Shown here piece after piece: positions 29,513 to 39,385 of a stretch of DNA of 64,000 bases. The stretch comes from an uncultured Chloroflexia bacterium (GTDB taxonomy: Bacteria; Chloroflexota; Limnocylindria; Limnocylindrales; CSP1-4). A program made the position numbers and the translations under genes. Positions within the stretch are counted from its first letter, which is position 1, and each line of letters starts with the position of its first letter. The notes beneath the pieces are model-generated. The model worked only from the letters and a program-made list of their open reading frames with translations. It was not told the DNA's origin and made no database searches. Where the stretch lies: the NCBI GenBank assembly GCA_963713975.1, contig OY970218.1, forward strand, positions 1,184,001 to 1,248,000. Reading direction: 5' to 3'.

Positions 29513-30715
29513 CTACTTGCGCTTGCGGACAGACGTCTCCTTGGACCACTTCGAGTACAGGACCATTGCGCGCTCGATGTCGTCCGCCCAGCCCGGCAGG
29601 CGCTCGAGCGCCAGTTCAGGCGTTATCAGGCTCACATCGGGGTTGGCCGAGATCGTGAATGTGTTCCAGTGACTTGAGGGCCCTGACGTGGTGCCCTGAG
29701 GCGGGCTGAACCGCCCGATGCGCTCGGCCGTGCGCTGGACTTGGCCCCACTTGTCGTTGCTCCACGCCGTGTCCTTGGTCAGCGGCTCCTTCGCCAGCCT
29801 GCCGTCGAGCGACGTCGGGTGGCGCTCGATCAGTTCGACGAGGCGCGGGTCCACCGGCCCGGCATCGATCAGCACCGCCAAGGGTGAGACCGGCCGAGGA
29901 ACCAGAATGTTGGGATCGAGGTCCCGGGCATTCCAGCGCCTCCGGTGGTCGCAGGCGAAGCACTGCTTGGTTCGGGGTTCCCGCTCGGTCAGCGCCCACG
30001 GGCCGTCCCTCTTGCCACAGAGCGTCTTCCGGCCATCGCCGGCGTGATAGCCGGCCCGGAGCACGGTCTTGCCTTCCCCACGCTGGGCCAGCCGCATCAT
30101 GTAGACCTGCTGGACGATGTCGAATCGCGCCAGGTCCACCTCCGGCATTGCGGCCATGGCCGTAAGGCACGCCTTGCACATGGAGCCCCTCGGCCAGCGC
30201 TTCAGCGATGACGTCCAGCGCCCGGCGGCCTCGCAGAGCGGCGTCTGCGCGCCGACGTGCCATGTCGACGACCCGCGACTGCCCGCCCGGTCGGACAGCA
30301 GCCTCAACTCCTGGTCGCCGACACGCTGGATGTAGGTCGGGGGCTTGGGCTTGGGCTCCGCCCGGGGGCGGGTCGGCCTGAGGACCGGTCTCGGCGCGGG
30401 TCGCTCCGTCACCAGGGGCTTCGGGGCGGGCGGCGGGACCGGCACCTCGCCGCCGCCCGCGTCGATCCACTCGTCCAGCCATGCGCGCCTGAACCGGATC
30501 CGGTCGCCGACCCGAGTGGAGCGGACCTTGCCGCCCACGGCGAGGTTGCGCACCGTCGTGGTCGAGACGGCCAGGTAGCGGGCGGCGTCAGCGATCGAGA
30601 ACAGCGGCTCCGGAGCGGCGGCGGACGCCGGCTCGCCGCCCGCGGCCGAGCGAACGAAGTCCGCGAACGCCCGGATCAGCGTCGCCTCGGCCGAGTCGTC
30701 CACCTCCTCATCCAC
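29513..30715 (-). CDS. Excisionase-like HTH (HTH_17) protein with two putative Zn-binding repeats
   Basis: LFSIADAARYLAVSTTTVRNL..G.VRSTRVG..IRF, a Pro-rich linker, and two H..LC..CxxC units. Confidence 0.75.
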   Translation of the reverse strand: MDEEVDDSAEATLIRAFADFVRSAAGGEPASAAAPEPLFSIADAARYLAVSTTTVRNLAVGGKVRSTRVGDRIRFRRAWLDEWIDAGGGEVPVPPPAPKPLVTERPAPRPVLRPTRPRAEPKPKPPTYIQRVGDQELRLLSDRAGSRGSSTWHVGAQTPLCEAAGRWTSSLKRWPRGSMCKACLTAMAAMPEVDLARFDIVQQVYMMRLAQRGEGKTVLRAGYHAGDGRKTLCGKRDGPWALTEREPRTKQCFACDHRRRWNARDLDPNILVPRPVSPLAVLIDAGPVDPRLVELIERHPTSLDGRLAKEPLTKDTAWSNDKWGQVQRTAERIGRFSPPQGTTSGPSSHWNTFTISANPDVSLITPELALERLPGWADDIERAMVLYSKWSKETSVRKRK

Positions 30716-30853
30716 CGCACGAATCTAGCCCGCAGTCCTCTCGCCGGCGCGTCGAGAACGTTGACGCGGTGATGGACTCGCCGATGTTCCGGTCAGCGGC
30801 TTGCGACCGGCGACACCAGTCGTCGAACGGGCCCGACCGAGGGCCCGAATGTG

Positions 30854-31385
30854 GTGAGCAGGAACGACCGCCGGACCGAGGATCTCGTCCGCGACCACTT
30901 CAGGCGAGACGCGTACCCGCGTCTGACCTCAGAGGAGCAGAAGAGCGCAGCCCCCCGGATCACGAAGTGCCTCGGGGCCGCCAGCAAGCAGGGCCCCGGG
31001 ATCGGCAAGCCCGAGTTCCTGCTCCATAGCCCTGACGCTCCCGGGTTCGTCGTGGTGATCGAGTGCAAGGCCAATTCGGCCAAGCACGCGAGCCGGAGCG
31101 TCGACCTCGCAGCCCCGTGACACGCGGGAGGCCAAGGACTACGCCGTCGACGGCGCCGTCCACTACGCCAAGCACCTCTCCACCGCGTTCGACGTCATCA
31201 CGATCGGCGTCAGCGGCGAGACGGCCGGGACCATGAAGGTCTCCACCTTCCGCCGTCTCAAGGGCGCGACGACCGCAGAGGAACTGCGCGACGAGAACGG
31301 CCCGATCACGACCCTGCTCGGGTTCGACGACTACCAGCGCCTCCGCAACTTCGAGCGCATGAGTCTCGGGAGCACGGCGCTCTAG
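30854..31385 (+). pseudogene. BcgI-alpha-like (Type IIB/IIG) restriction enzyme N-terminal fragment
   Basis: GKPEF..VIECKA..KH.S, frameshift, then KDYAVDGAVHYAKHLS..IGVSG. The methylase part is missing. Confidence 0.7.
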
Positions 31386-31490
31386 TCAAGCACGTTTCGA
31401 GGGTCGAGAGATCACCCAGGTCACGACCAGCCAACAGATCGTCACGCATCCGGGCAGCGATGCGTGACTACAGCCCGTAGGCTGTCTCTC

Positions 31491-34400
31491 ATGAATGTCA
31501 GTCGGGGGACCATTCGCTCCTACCTCAAGGGGCTCCAAGACATCTCGCTCGTCTCCGGCGCGACGGAGCACACGTACCGCGAGCCGCTCGTGACCTTCCT
31601 CGTGGCGGCGAGCAAGGACCTCGGCCTCGGGCAGGTCGGCGTCCACGGCGAGTTGCGCCTCGCGTCCGTCGGCCAGCCCGACCTCCAGGTCGTCAACGCG
31701 GCCGGCTCGCCGATCGGCTACGGCGAGACCAAGGTCCCGGGCTCCGCGACCGACTTCGCCAGGACCCTCGAGAGCGAGCAGGTCGAGCGGTACCGAGCCA
31801 GCATCCAGAACCTCCTCGTCACCGACTTCATCCACTTCTCGCTGTTCCGCGCCGACGTCGGCCGCCTCGACGTGACGCTGGTCGAGACACCCGCCAAGAT
31901 GGCCGCCGGCTCGCACGCGGTCTCGGAGCCCGTGCTCCTACAGTTCAGCCAGATGCTGGCGGCGTTCTTCTCGGCGTCCGCCCCGAGCGCGACCTCGGCC
32001 GAGCAACTGGCGGACGGACTGGCCCGCCGGGCGACGCTGCTGCGCGACGCCATCCGGACGCTCATCGGCGCGTCCCTGCCCGAGGGCGAAGCGCTGCGGC
32101 GTCTCTGGGACTTCTACAAGCGCAGCCTGATGTCGGACATGGACGCGGACGACTTCGCGGACACGTACGCCCAGACGCTGACCTACGCGCTGTTCCTCAC
32201 CCGCCTCGAGAAGGGGCCGATCACCGATCTCGAGGCGGCCTGGAAGGCGATCCCGACGGACGTCCCGATCATGAAGTCGGCGATCGAGCCGCTCCGTGCC
32301 GCGGGCAAGATCCCCGACCCGCTGGCTGTCTGGCTCGAGGACTCGCTGCACCTGCTGGCCGCTACGCCGGACTCGGTCATCGAGACGATCGGCCACCCGA
32401 GCGCCGGCAAGTCCGACCCGATCCTGTACTTCTACGAGCACTTCCTCGCGGCCTACGACAAGGTCGAGCGGATCAAGAAGGGCGTCTACTACACGCCCCG
32501 CCCGCTGGTCGACTACTTGGTCCGGGCGGTGGACGACACCCTCCGCGCCTCCTTTGGCAAGCCACTGGGCCTCGCCGACAAGGACGTGCGGCTCCTGGAC
32601 CCGGCCCTCGGGACCGGCACGTTCCTCCTCGCCGGCGCCCAGAAGGCGGCAGACGAGACGGAAGCCGCTCTCGGCTCCGGCGCGGTCAAGGGGGTCCTCG
32701 AGGACCACGTCCTGCGCCACTTCTACGGGTTCGAGTTGCTGCCGGCGCCGTACACGATCTCGCACCTCAAACTCGCCCTCTTCGCCCGCGACCACAACGT
32801 CAAGTTCCTCGACAAGCGCGCCCAGGTCTTCCTGACCAACACGCTCGGCGACCCGGTCCAGCGCGCCGACGATGGCGGCCTGCTCGCGTTCTTCGTGCCG
32901 GGGCTCATCGAGGAGGCGGCGGCTGCCGAGCGGGTCAAGGCCGACCAGCCGATCCTCGTGGTCATCGGCAATCCGCCCTGGTCCGCGACGAGTCACAACA
33001 AGCAGCCCGAGATCGAGCGCCTCTTCGACGCCTGGAAGAACGTCGACGGTCGACCCGGGAGCCCGAAGATCAAGGACGCCCGGATCGCGCTCAACGACGA
33101 CTACCTGAAGTTCCTGCGCTGGGCGGTCTGGAAGGTCGTGGAGCAGCCCGGCGGCGCACGCCACGGCATCGTCGCCTTCGTCACGAACCACGGCTTCATC
33201 AACAACCGTGTCCACCGCGGCGTCCGCAAGGCGCTCCTCGATGCCTTTGACGACATCTACGTCCTCAACCTCCAGGGCAACCAGCGCCTGTGGGTCAAGG
33301 GCGTCGTCGACGAGAAGGTGTTCCCCGACGTGCAGCAGGGCGTCGCGATGACGGTCCTGGTACGGCGGGATGTCGAGAAGACCGGCCTGGCGAAGGTGCG
33401 CTATCGCGACCGACGCGGAACACGCGCCGAGAAGTACGACACGGCGAATAGCGCAAGGCTCGACGATGACGGGTGGGTTCACGTCCCGCAATCGGCCCCG
33501 TACTGGTCATTCGCCCCGGCGGACGCGCCGGTGGAGGGGGAGGAAGCCGGCTCCTACGACACTTGGCCGTCCGTCGTGGACATCTTCCCTGTGTCGAGTT
33601 CGGGGATCCAGTCCTCACACGACGACCTGGTGTCCGACTTCAGCGCTGCCGCCGTCGGGAACAAGATCGCCGAGGTAGCCGATCGGTCGATCTCCGACGA
33701 CACGCTTCGCGAGCGCTACAAGATCAAGGAGAACGATCGCTGGCGGTGGGCCGTCCAGCGCAAGGCGTTCGCGGGGCTCGACTCCGCGAAGGTGATTCCC
33801 TGGCTCTACCGCCTCTTCGACCGACGCTACGTGTACTGGGATCCGCTGTTCGTACAGTGGCCTCGAACGAAGGTGATGCGCCACCTGCTCCCTCGCCCGA
33901 TCGGTCTCGGCGGCGACAAGCGGCTGGCGCTCGTGGTGCAGCGCGCCCGTCCGATCACCACGATCGCGACCGTCGTCCGTGGCCCCGCGACGGCGCATGT
34001 CACGAGCGAGTGGTGCCACGTCTACCCGCTGAGGCTGTCTGACGCGACTGAGGAGGAAGTCCTCCTGCCCGCGCCCGACGAGTGGCGAGAGAACCTGAAC
34101 GCCGACCTCTCCAAGCGCCTCGCTGCGGCATACGGCCGGCGCCCGTCGGTCGACGAGGTGGCCTGGTACGTCTTCGCGATCCTGTCTGCTCCGTCGTACC
34201 GTCGCCAATTCGCGGCTGCGCTGGCGATCGACCATCCTCGAATCCCGTTCGCGTCCGCCGAGGCGACCTTCAGGATCGGCGCATCACTGGGCGAGAAACT
34301 TGGCCGCGTCCACCTCCTCGAGGCCGAGGTATCGCCCGACATTCGCTTCGTTGGCAGCGGCACGAACGTGATCGAGGGAGTCCGCTACGACCAAGAGTGC

Positions 34401-34655
34401 GAGCGAGTCTGGGTGAATGCCACCCAGGCCTTCACGGGCGTCCCGAACGAAGCCTGGATCTGGGGCGAGCACTTCCGACCTCTCGAGCACTTCCTTGATG
34501 ACCGTCAGGGGCGACGGCTCGACACGGAGCAGATCGGCGCCTTCCAGTCGGCTATCCACGCTGTCCGCGAGTGCATCCGCCTTGGCCCGATCCTGGACGC
34601 GGCGCTGGACAGCGTTCTGTCAGAACCACTCGACGTCACCGAGCCCTTGGTTTAG
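31491..34655 (+). CDS. Single-chain restriction-modification enzyme (N6-MTase plus Type ISP C-terminal TRD, no helicase)
   Basis: PD..GYGETK nuclease, FADTYAQT, YFYEHFL, GVYYTP, DPALGTGTF, GNPPW, YRLFDRRY and PRIPF. Leaderless TAGGCT-N7-ATG. Confidence 0.88.
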   Translation: MNVSRGTIRSYLKGLQDISLVSGATEHTYREPLVTFLVAASKDLGLGQVGVHGELRLASVGQPDLQVVNAAGSPIGYGETKVPGSATDFARTLESEQVERYRASIQNLLVTDFIHFSLFRADVGRLDVTLVETPAKMAAGSHAVSEPVLLQFSQMLAAFFSASAPSATSAEQLADGLARRATLLRDAIRTLIGASLPEGEALRRLWDFYKRSLMSDMDADDFADTYAQTLTYALFLTRLEKGPITDLEAAWKAIPTDVPIMKSAIEPLRAAGKIPDPLAVWLEDSLHLLAATPDSVIETIGHPSAGKSDPILYFYEHFLAAYDKVERIKKGVYYTPRPLVDYLVRAVDDTLRASFGKPLGLADKDVRLLDPALGTGTFLLAGAQKAADETEAALGSGAVKGVLEDHVLRHFYGFELLPAPYTISHLKLALFARDHNVKFLDKRAQVFLTNTLGDPVQRADDGGLLAFFVPGLIEEAAAAERVKADQPILVVIGNPPWSATSHNKQPEIERLFDAWKNVDGRPGSPKIKDARIALNDDYLKFLRWAVWKVVEQPGGARHGIVAFVTNHGFINNRVHRGVRKALLDAFDDIYVLNLQGNQRLWVKGVVDEKVFPDVQQGVAMTVLVRRDVEKTGLAKVRYRDRRGTRAEKYDTANSARLDDDGWVHVPQSAPYWSFAPADAPVEGEEAGSYDTWPSVVDIFPVSSSGIQSSHDDLVSDFSAAAVGNKIAEVADRSISDDTLRERYKIKENDRWRWAVQRKAFAGLDSAKVIPWLYRLFDRRYVYWDPLFVQWPRTKVMRHLLPRPIGLGGDKRLALVVQRARPITTIATVVRGPATAHVTSEWCHVYPLRLSDATEEEVLLPAPDEWRENLNADLSKRLAAAYGRRPSVDEVAWYVFAILSAPSYRRQFAAALAIDHPRIPFASAEATFRIGASLGEKLGRVHLLEAEVSPDIRFVGSGTNVIEGVRYDQECERVWVNATQAFTGVPNEAWIWGEHFRPLEHFLDDRQGRRLDTEQIGAFQSAIHAVRECIRLGPILDAALDSVLSEPLDVTEPLV

Positions 34656-34657
34656 CC

Positions 34658-35358
34658 GTGTCGATTCGGCCGAAGCCGGAGGACATAGAGGAGTTGGCAC
34701 GGCTCATGGAGATCCGTGACAGCGCCCACCTGGCCGGCCACCGGCTGGACCCCTTCACGCTGTTCAACTTCAGCGGGACCGAAGCCCTGTTGGTGAGTCC
34801 CGGGCGGACCCAGGGGGACAGCGTCTCGAAGGTAGCGATGCGCAGACTCGAGGACCTCGACTTGTTCCGGGTGATCGACCGGTCGGAGAAGGGCTTCACG
34901 TTCGACCTCGTCGATGATGTCAGCGATCGCCTCGAGGAGATGCGCGTCGAGGTGGGGCTTCCCTCGCGCATGGGCGAACTCGAGGCGTCGGTCCTGCGGA
35001 GGCTGCGAGGAAGTCGGCCGAGGCGGCGACGGAGGCCCTTGAGGCCCGCGTCGGGGACGACCGGCGGGCGCGAGCGGAGCGCCGGACGGCATTCGCACAC
35101 CGAGTAGGCCGCTGGGCTCGATGGCTGACGCGGATCGCGCTGGGCCTCCTGTACGTCGGCGTCGTCGTGGTCGCCGGCTACTTCGTGTCCTCGAACCTGC
35201 CGCTCGCGCTCGTCGTGGGCGTTGTCGGGGTTGCCGTCGTCCTGGCGGCGCTCGACTGGCTGCTGCACGTCGACGGCTTCGCGCTCGCCGCTGCGCTCGA
35301 GGCGCGGGTGGTCAAGCGCGTCACCGGGTGGCTCGAGTCCTTCGATCCGGGGTCGTGA
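34658..35358 (+). pseudogene. Hypothetical protein with C-terminal TM helices, frameshifted
   Basis: N-terminal wHTH-like segment; two TM helices appear in another frame. Confidence 0.4.
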
Positions 35359-35439
35359 TCCGCGGCGTCCTGAGGCCCGCAGACAGCCTCGAGGGCAGGC
35401 CGGTTGCCTCAACGCCTCTCGCACGGCGACTATGTGCCA

Positions 35440-36489
35440 GTGAAGTACGTCGAGTGGGTCCAGGTCGTGGCCGATGCGTACGCCTCGGACCCTGGCGGCT
35501 CGCACGACCTCGTCGGCAGTGATCGCATCGCCAAGCGGCTCAACATCGCCGCCGACGACCGTGCTCGTGATGATGCCCTGACCAATGCACTGGACGACCT
35601 CCGCGGGATCAGCGCGTTGGCGTTCACCGACTACGGGTGGATCGAGCCGACCGCAGCGACCTGGCAGACCCGAGAGGGCGTCCGCCTTCAGAGCGGATGG
35701 CCGACCCTGGTTCGCGCGCCGCTGAACACCGAACGAGAAGAGGTTCTGGCCGCGGCAGTGCGGCTGTCGGAGACGCGGCACGATGACTGGGCGGACATGA
35801 CGTGGACGACAGGACAAGAAGTCCGAGTTGAACTCGGGTGGTCCGAGGATGAGCACGACATCCACCTGATCGCGCACGACCTCGAGGCCGCCGGACTGAT
35901 CGAACTGACCGCAATGGCTGGCGGAGACGCCTCTCTCCACATCCGTCCGACGTACGCGGGCGTCGTGCGGGCAACCGAGCGGATCTCCACGGAGTGGGAT
36001 ATCCGTCTGCGCGAGATGGTCGCTGAGTGGGAAACGACGACCGTCGAGTTCAAGCGCACGGTCGAACTCGGAACGACGGCCAGAAACGCCGAGTTCGCCA
36101 AGGACATCGACTCCCTGGCGAACACGAAGTCGAGCGGATCAGCCCGGCACCTGATCGTCGGATACGACCCGAAGACGCACGAGTTCGCCTACCCAGTCGA
36201 CCCCGCACAACTGCAGCAGGACCGTCTGGAGCAGATCCTGAACCCATACGCGACGCCGGCGCACGACATTCGGTCATTCACCCTCGAACACGAATCCGGC
36301 AAGGGCCTGGTCGGCATCATCGAGGTCAGGCGCGATCCAACCAAGTTGCCCCATCGGATCGCCAAGGCGGGAGGCAACGTGGTCGTCGGCACCATTCATG
36401 TCCGGCACGGCAGCCAGGTCGAACCGGCGACGCCGGTTGAGGAGTTGGCTCTCATCGCGGAGGGCAAGGCAGCCCGCGCCGAAGCCTAG
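35440..36489 (+). CDS. Schlafen/AlbA_2 domain protein with N-terminal tandem wHTH-like domains
   Basis: ETTTVEFKR, KDIDSLANT, LIVGYD, PH and VRHGS motifs. Confidence 0.8.
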   Translation: MKYVEWVQVVADAYASDPGGSHDLVGSDRIAKRLNIAADDRARDDALTNALDDLRGISALAFTDYGWIEPTAATWQTREGVRLQSGWPTLVRAPLNTEREEVLAAAVRLSETRHDDWADMTWTTGQEVRVELGWSEDEHDIHLIAHDLEAAGLIELTAMAGGDASLHIRPTYAGVVRATERISTEWDIRLREMVAEWETTTVEFKRTVELGTTARNAEFAKDIDSLANTKSSGSARHLIVGYDPKTHEFAYPVDPAQLQQDRLEQILNPYATPAHDIRSFTLEHESGKGLVGIIEVRRDPTKLPHRIAKAGGNVVVGTIHVRHGSQVEPATPVEELALIAEGKAARAEA

Positions 36490-36659
36490 CCGAGCCAGCA
36501 GGCCCACCTGGACGTGCGCAGGCTGGATGCCCGACGAGATAAGCGCCAGCAAAGTGGCCGCCCCTAGGCTGGCGTCCGGCCGCGCTCCGGTTCAGGTAAG
36601 CGTCGGTCCGGCGGGGCTCAGAACCCGACCGGACGCCTGGTCCTGGCCGACGCGGCCGA

Positions 36660-36878
36660 CTACTCGTTTGCCGGGGCGCGCCACTGGTGGAGGACGACCT
36701 CGCCGCAGTCGCGGCAGACCCAGGTGCTCCGGTACGACTTGGGCTGGCCGTCATTGAGGACCGGGATCGTGCGGTCCATCCGGACCCAGCGCTCGCCGTG
36801 GCGGTGCTCGAGGCGCGGGGTCTGCTCGCCCAGGACTCTGAACTGCGCCGCGTGGATCACCGAGGCCTCCGGAGACAT
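36660..36878 (-). CDS. Small Zn-ribbon protein
   Basis: HRH..W..M...VCRDCGEVV; TATCAT -10 just upstream of the ATG. Confidence 0.65.
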   Translation of the reverse strand: MSPEASVIHAAQFRVLGEQTPRLEHRHGERWVRMDRTIPVLNDGQPKSYRSTWVCRDCGEVVLHQWRAPANE

Positions 36879-36893
36879 TGGCCTCGATGATAC

Positions 36894-36907
36894 CGAACGG
36901 GTGTTCT
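36894..36907. promoter_or_regulatory. LexA (SOS) box, GAAC-N4-GTTC type
   Basis: CGAACGGGTGTTCT, next to the -10 element of the Zn-ribbon gene. Confidence 0.6.
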
Positions 36908-37261
36908 ATCGAGGTCTGCCGAACGGCTAGTCCGACAGGGCGATGTCGCCCCGGCGCAGGAAGCCGCGCTCGGCGGCATCGGTGAAGGTTGCGGCCCAGC
37001 CGGCCCGCGGCGCAGGAATGCCGAGGCGCGATGGGCTCTCGCGGTCCCAGGTGCGAGCGATCAGGATGATCTGCGCGACGCGATCCGGGAACCGCTGCGG
37101 CAGCGCTCGCGACCGCGCGCGGGTTCGGCTCGCCTGAGCCTGCTCGGTGACCATCGGATTATCCATGGGTGGGTCACCCACCTTCCGGCCGACGCCGTCC
37201 GGGCGATACCGACCAGAAGGCCTATGCCTCCGGCCGCCGGCCGCTCTGGATTCGCAAGACC

Positions 37262-38455
37262 CTACCGCTTCGTGGCGGCCCGGCGCACGAGGACCATCAG
37301 GTCACGCGCCATGGCCGGCCGCTGTTGGCTCAGGTCGTCGCGTGTCTGCGCTGGCGCTGAGAGGTGACTGACGATCCGGTCGCCACCGCTCATGTTCATG
37401 GTCATGGAGGTCGGGCTGGCTTCCTGCTCCGCGCGAGTCCGCCAGGCCGTGTAGGAGGCGCCGAGGAGGGCTGCAACGAGGACCACGTGGCTCGCCCGCC
37501 GGCCGGCATCTATCCGCTCGAGGACTCGGTCCACGAAGGTCAGATCCGCCTCCAGGTCGTCCAGCACCTCCTCCTCGACGATTCCGCGGAGGTACATGCC
37601 GCGTTCCGCAGTACGGATGACGGGGCGCGTGACGACGACGGTGCCCTCCTCGTCGATGGCGACCCAGCCACGGGATTGGCGGGCCACCAGGCTGTTGCCG
37701 CTGATGCCGGTGGTTGTTCCTTCACCCCGCTCGAGGACCGGTCGGTCGCCGTAGAGCGCCTCCCGCTCGAGCCAGGACGCGAGGGTCGGGTCCTCGAGTT
37801 CGGACGGCCGAAGGAGTGCGGAACGAGGCGTGGCCGTCCCGACCAACACGAGCGTGGCCTCGCCGACTGTGTTCCGGGCCTGCGGCACCAGAGCGAGCGC
37901 TCGCTCGAGCCCGTCCTTGGCCGCCTCCGCCGCGAGGGCCGGGGCGGCACCTGCGCGCGGTGGCGCGGATCGGGTGGGCGTGGCGAGCGGCTCGTCGACG
38001 GCATCCGGGACATCGACGTCGAAACCCCAGGCCTTGAGTTGTTCGAGCGCCGCCGCGAAGGCCGGTTCGGGATGTTCAGGGTCGAGGTGGCGGTACACCG
38101 GATTGGTGTTGCTGGCCAGGGTGACCCCGCTCTGCTTCAACACGCAGATGCGACTGCGCAGGCGCGGCATTGTGCGGGCACGAGCAATCTCGTCGGCGAT
38201 GTTCGGTCGGGTGAACTTGCCGGCCTCCTGGTCGACGGTCGCGAACACGACCACCGCCTGCGATCGCTCGAGGTATGCGTTCACGTTGTCTTCAGGGGAG
38301 TACGCATCGTCGATCAGGGGCAGATCAGACACGATGTAGCCCTGAACGCTGGGGCGAAGCAGATCCCGGAACGGTCGCGCCAAGGCAGCCTTCTGTCCCT
38401 CGGTGACGCTGAGGAATACCGCTGGTCGCGCCCGCACGCCCGCATCCGTTGTCAT
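37262..38455 (-). CDS. TIR-like domain protein with C-terminal domain of the type seen in DUF4062 proteins
   Basis: VFLS..., SQAVVVFAT and RPNIADEIARA (TIR-like catalytic Glu). C-terminal IVEEEV and AWRTRAEQEASP. Confidence 0.65.
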   Translation of the reverse strand: MTTDAGVRARPAVFLSVTEGQKAALARPFRDLLRPSVQGYIVSDLPLIDDAYSPEDNVNAYLERSQAVVVFATVDQEAGKFTRPNIADEIARARTMPRLRSRICVLKQSGVTLASNTNPVYRHLDPEHPEPAFAAALEQLKAWGFDVDVPDAVDEPLATPTRSAPPRAGAAPALAAEAAKDGLERALALVPQARNTVGEATLVLVGTATPRSALLRPSELEDPTLASWLEREALYGDRPVLERGEGTTTGISGNSLVARQSRGWVAIDEEGTVVVTRPVIRTAERGMYLRGIVEEEVLDDLEADLTFVDRVLERIDAGRRASHVVLVAALLGASYTAWRTRAEQEASPTSMTMNMSGGDRIVSHLSAPAQTRDDLSQQRPAMARDLMVLVRRAATKR

Positions 38456-38497
38456 GGCCACATCGTCGCATCCCGACGCCGACGTACGCTTGCATCC

Positions 38498-39379
38498 ATG
38501 ACGGATGCACTGCTCGACGCGATCAAGAAGGGGGTTGCCGACCCGGCCCAAGCGCCGGCGATCCACGACCTCATGCACCAGCAGGTCGCGGACGTGGTCA
38601 AGGTCATCGGGACGGACGAGCGGTTCGCGATCGGCATCGCTTTCTCAGACGAGGAACTGGCGCGCCGAACGGATGCCCTCGAGGAAGTCGCGGCTCCCAT
38701 CGTCCGAGCGGCCGCGTGGGGTGGCTTCTACGGCGCTGCGAATACGCGCCCGTTGTGGCCCGGGCTCGTCGGACGGCTCGCCAACGGCGTCGACCGGACC
38801 CGGAAGAACCCCGCGCACGACGTCTGGCCATTGCTCGACCTGCACCCCGCGGTTCTCCTCTCGTACGCGGCAGGAGTCGGCGCGATGGCGGGCGGTCGTC
38901 CAGACCTACTCGGCGCTTTGCTCGCCGGCCGCACCGTGCTGGAGGGAAACGAACTTCGCGCCGTCGGCCTGCAGATCCACGCGACGACGCCCTTCCTCAA
39001 CGACAGCATCGCCAACCGTCTGCCGGGACGAAGGACAACAACGCCGGCAAGCGATCGGGTCTACCAGGCGTTGGCGTCAGCCTTCGATGGTCTGGTCGTT
39101 GACGAGTCTGTGCTCGCCCATGCCTTCGACCGATACGAGTACGTCCTCAGCCTGATGCGGTTCGACGCGTCGAGAGGCGACGGCGACCGAGGCTGGGCAC
39201 CCGCTGGCAGATTCGCTTGGCGACGCGAGGACGGCAGCCGCGTCATGGACGAGATGAAGGCAGAGATCGAGGCGAGGGGCACGGAGTGGCCGCTCCTCCG
39301 CGAAGGGCTATTCAAGGGTTCGTCGGACCGACTGGCGACCGCCGTCGAGGGGCTCGGAAAGACACTCCAGCGCTGGTAG
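38498..39379 (+). CDS. Stand-alone helical domain resembling the C-terminus of SIR2/caspase-fused proteins
   Basis: DP..IHDL, PAVLLSYAAG, TPASDR, FDRYEY and WAPAGRFAWR motifs. Leaderless TACGCT-N7-ATG. Confidence 0.55.
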   Translation: MTDALLDAIKKGVADPAQAPAIHDLMHQQVADVVKVIGTDERFAIGIAFSDEELARRTDALEEVAAPIVRAAAWGGFYGAANTRPLWPGLVGRLANGVDRTRKNPAHDVWPLLDLHPAVLLSYAAGVGAMAGGRPDLLGALLAGRTVLEGNELRAVGLQIHATTPFLNDSIANRLPGRRTTTPASDRVYQALASAFDGLVVDESVLAHAFDRYEYVLSLMRFDASRGDGDRGWAPAGRFAWRREDGSRVMDEMKAEIEARGTEWPLLREGLFKGSSDRLATAVEGLGKTLQRW

Positions 39380-39385
39380 CCGCGC

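Noticed and set aside
37364-38497. N-terminal extension of the 671-aa ORF
   Set aside because: It is antisense to the TIR gene. The real start is likely 38498.
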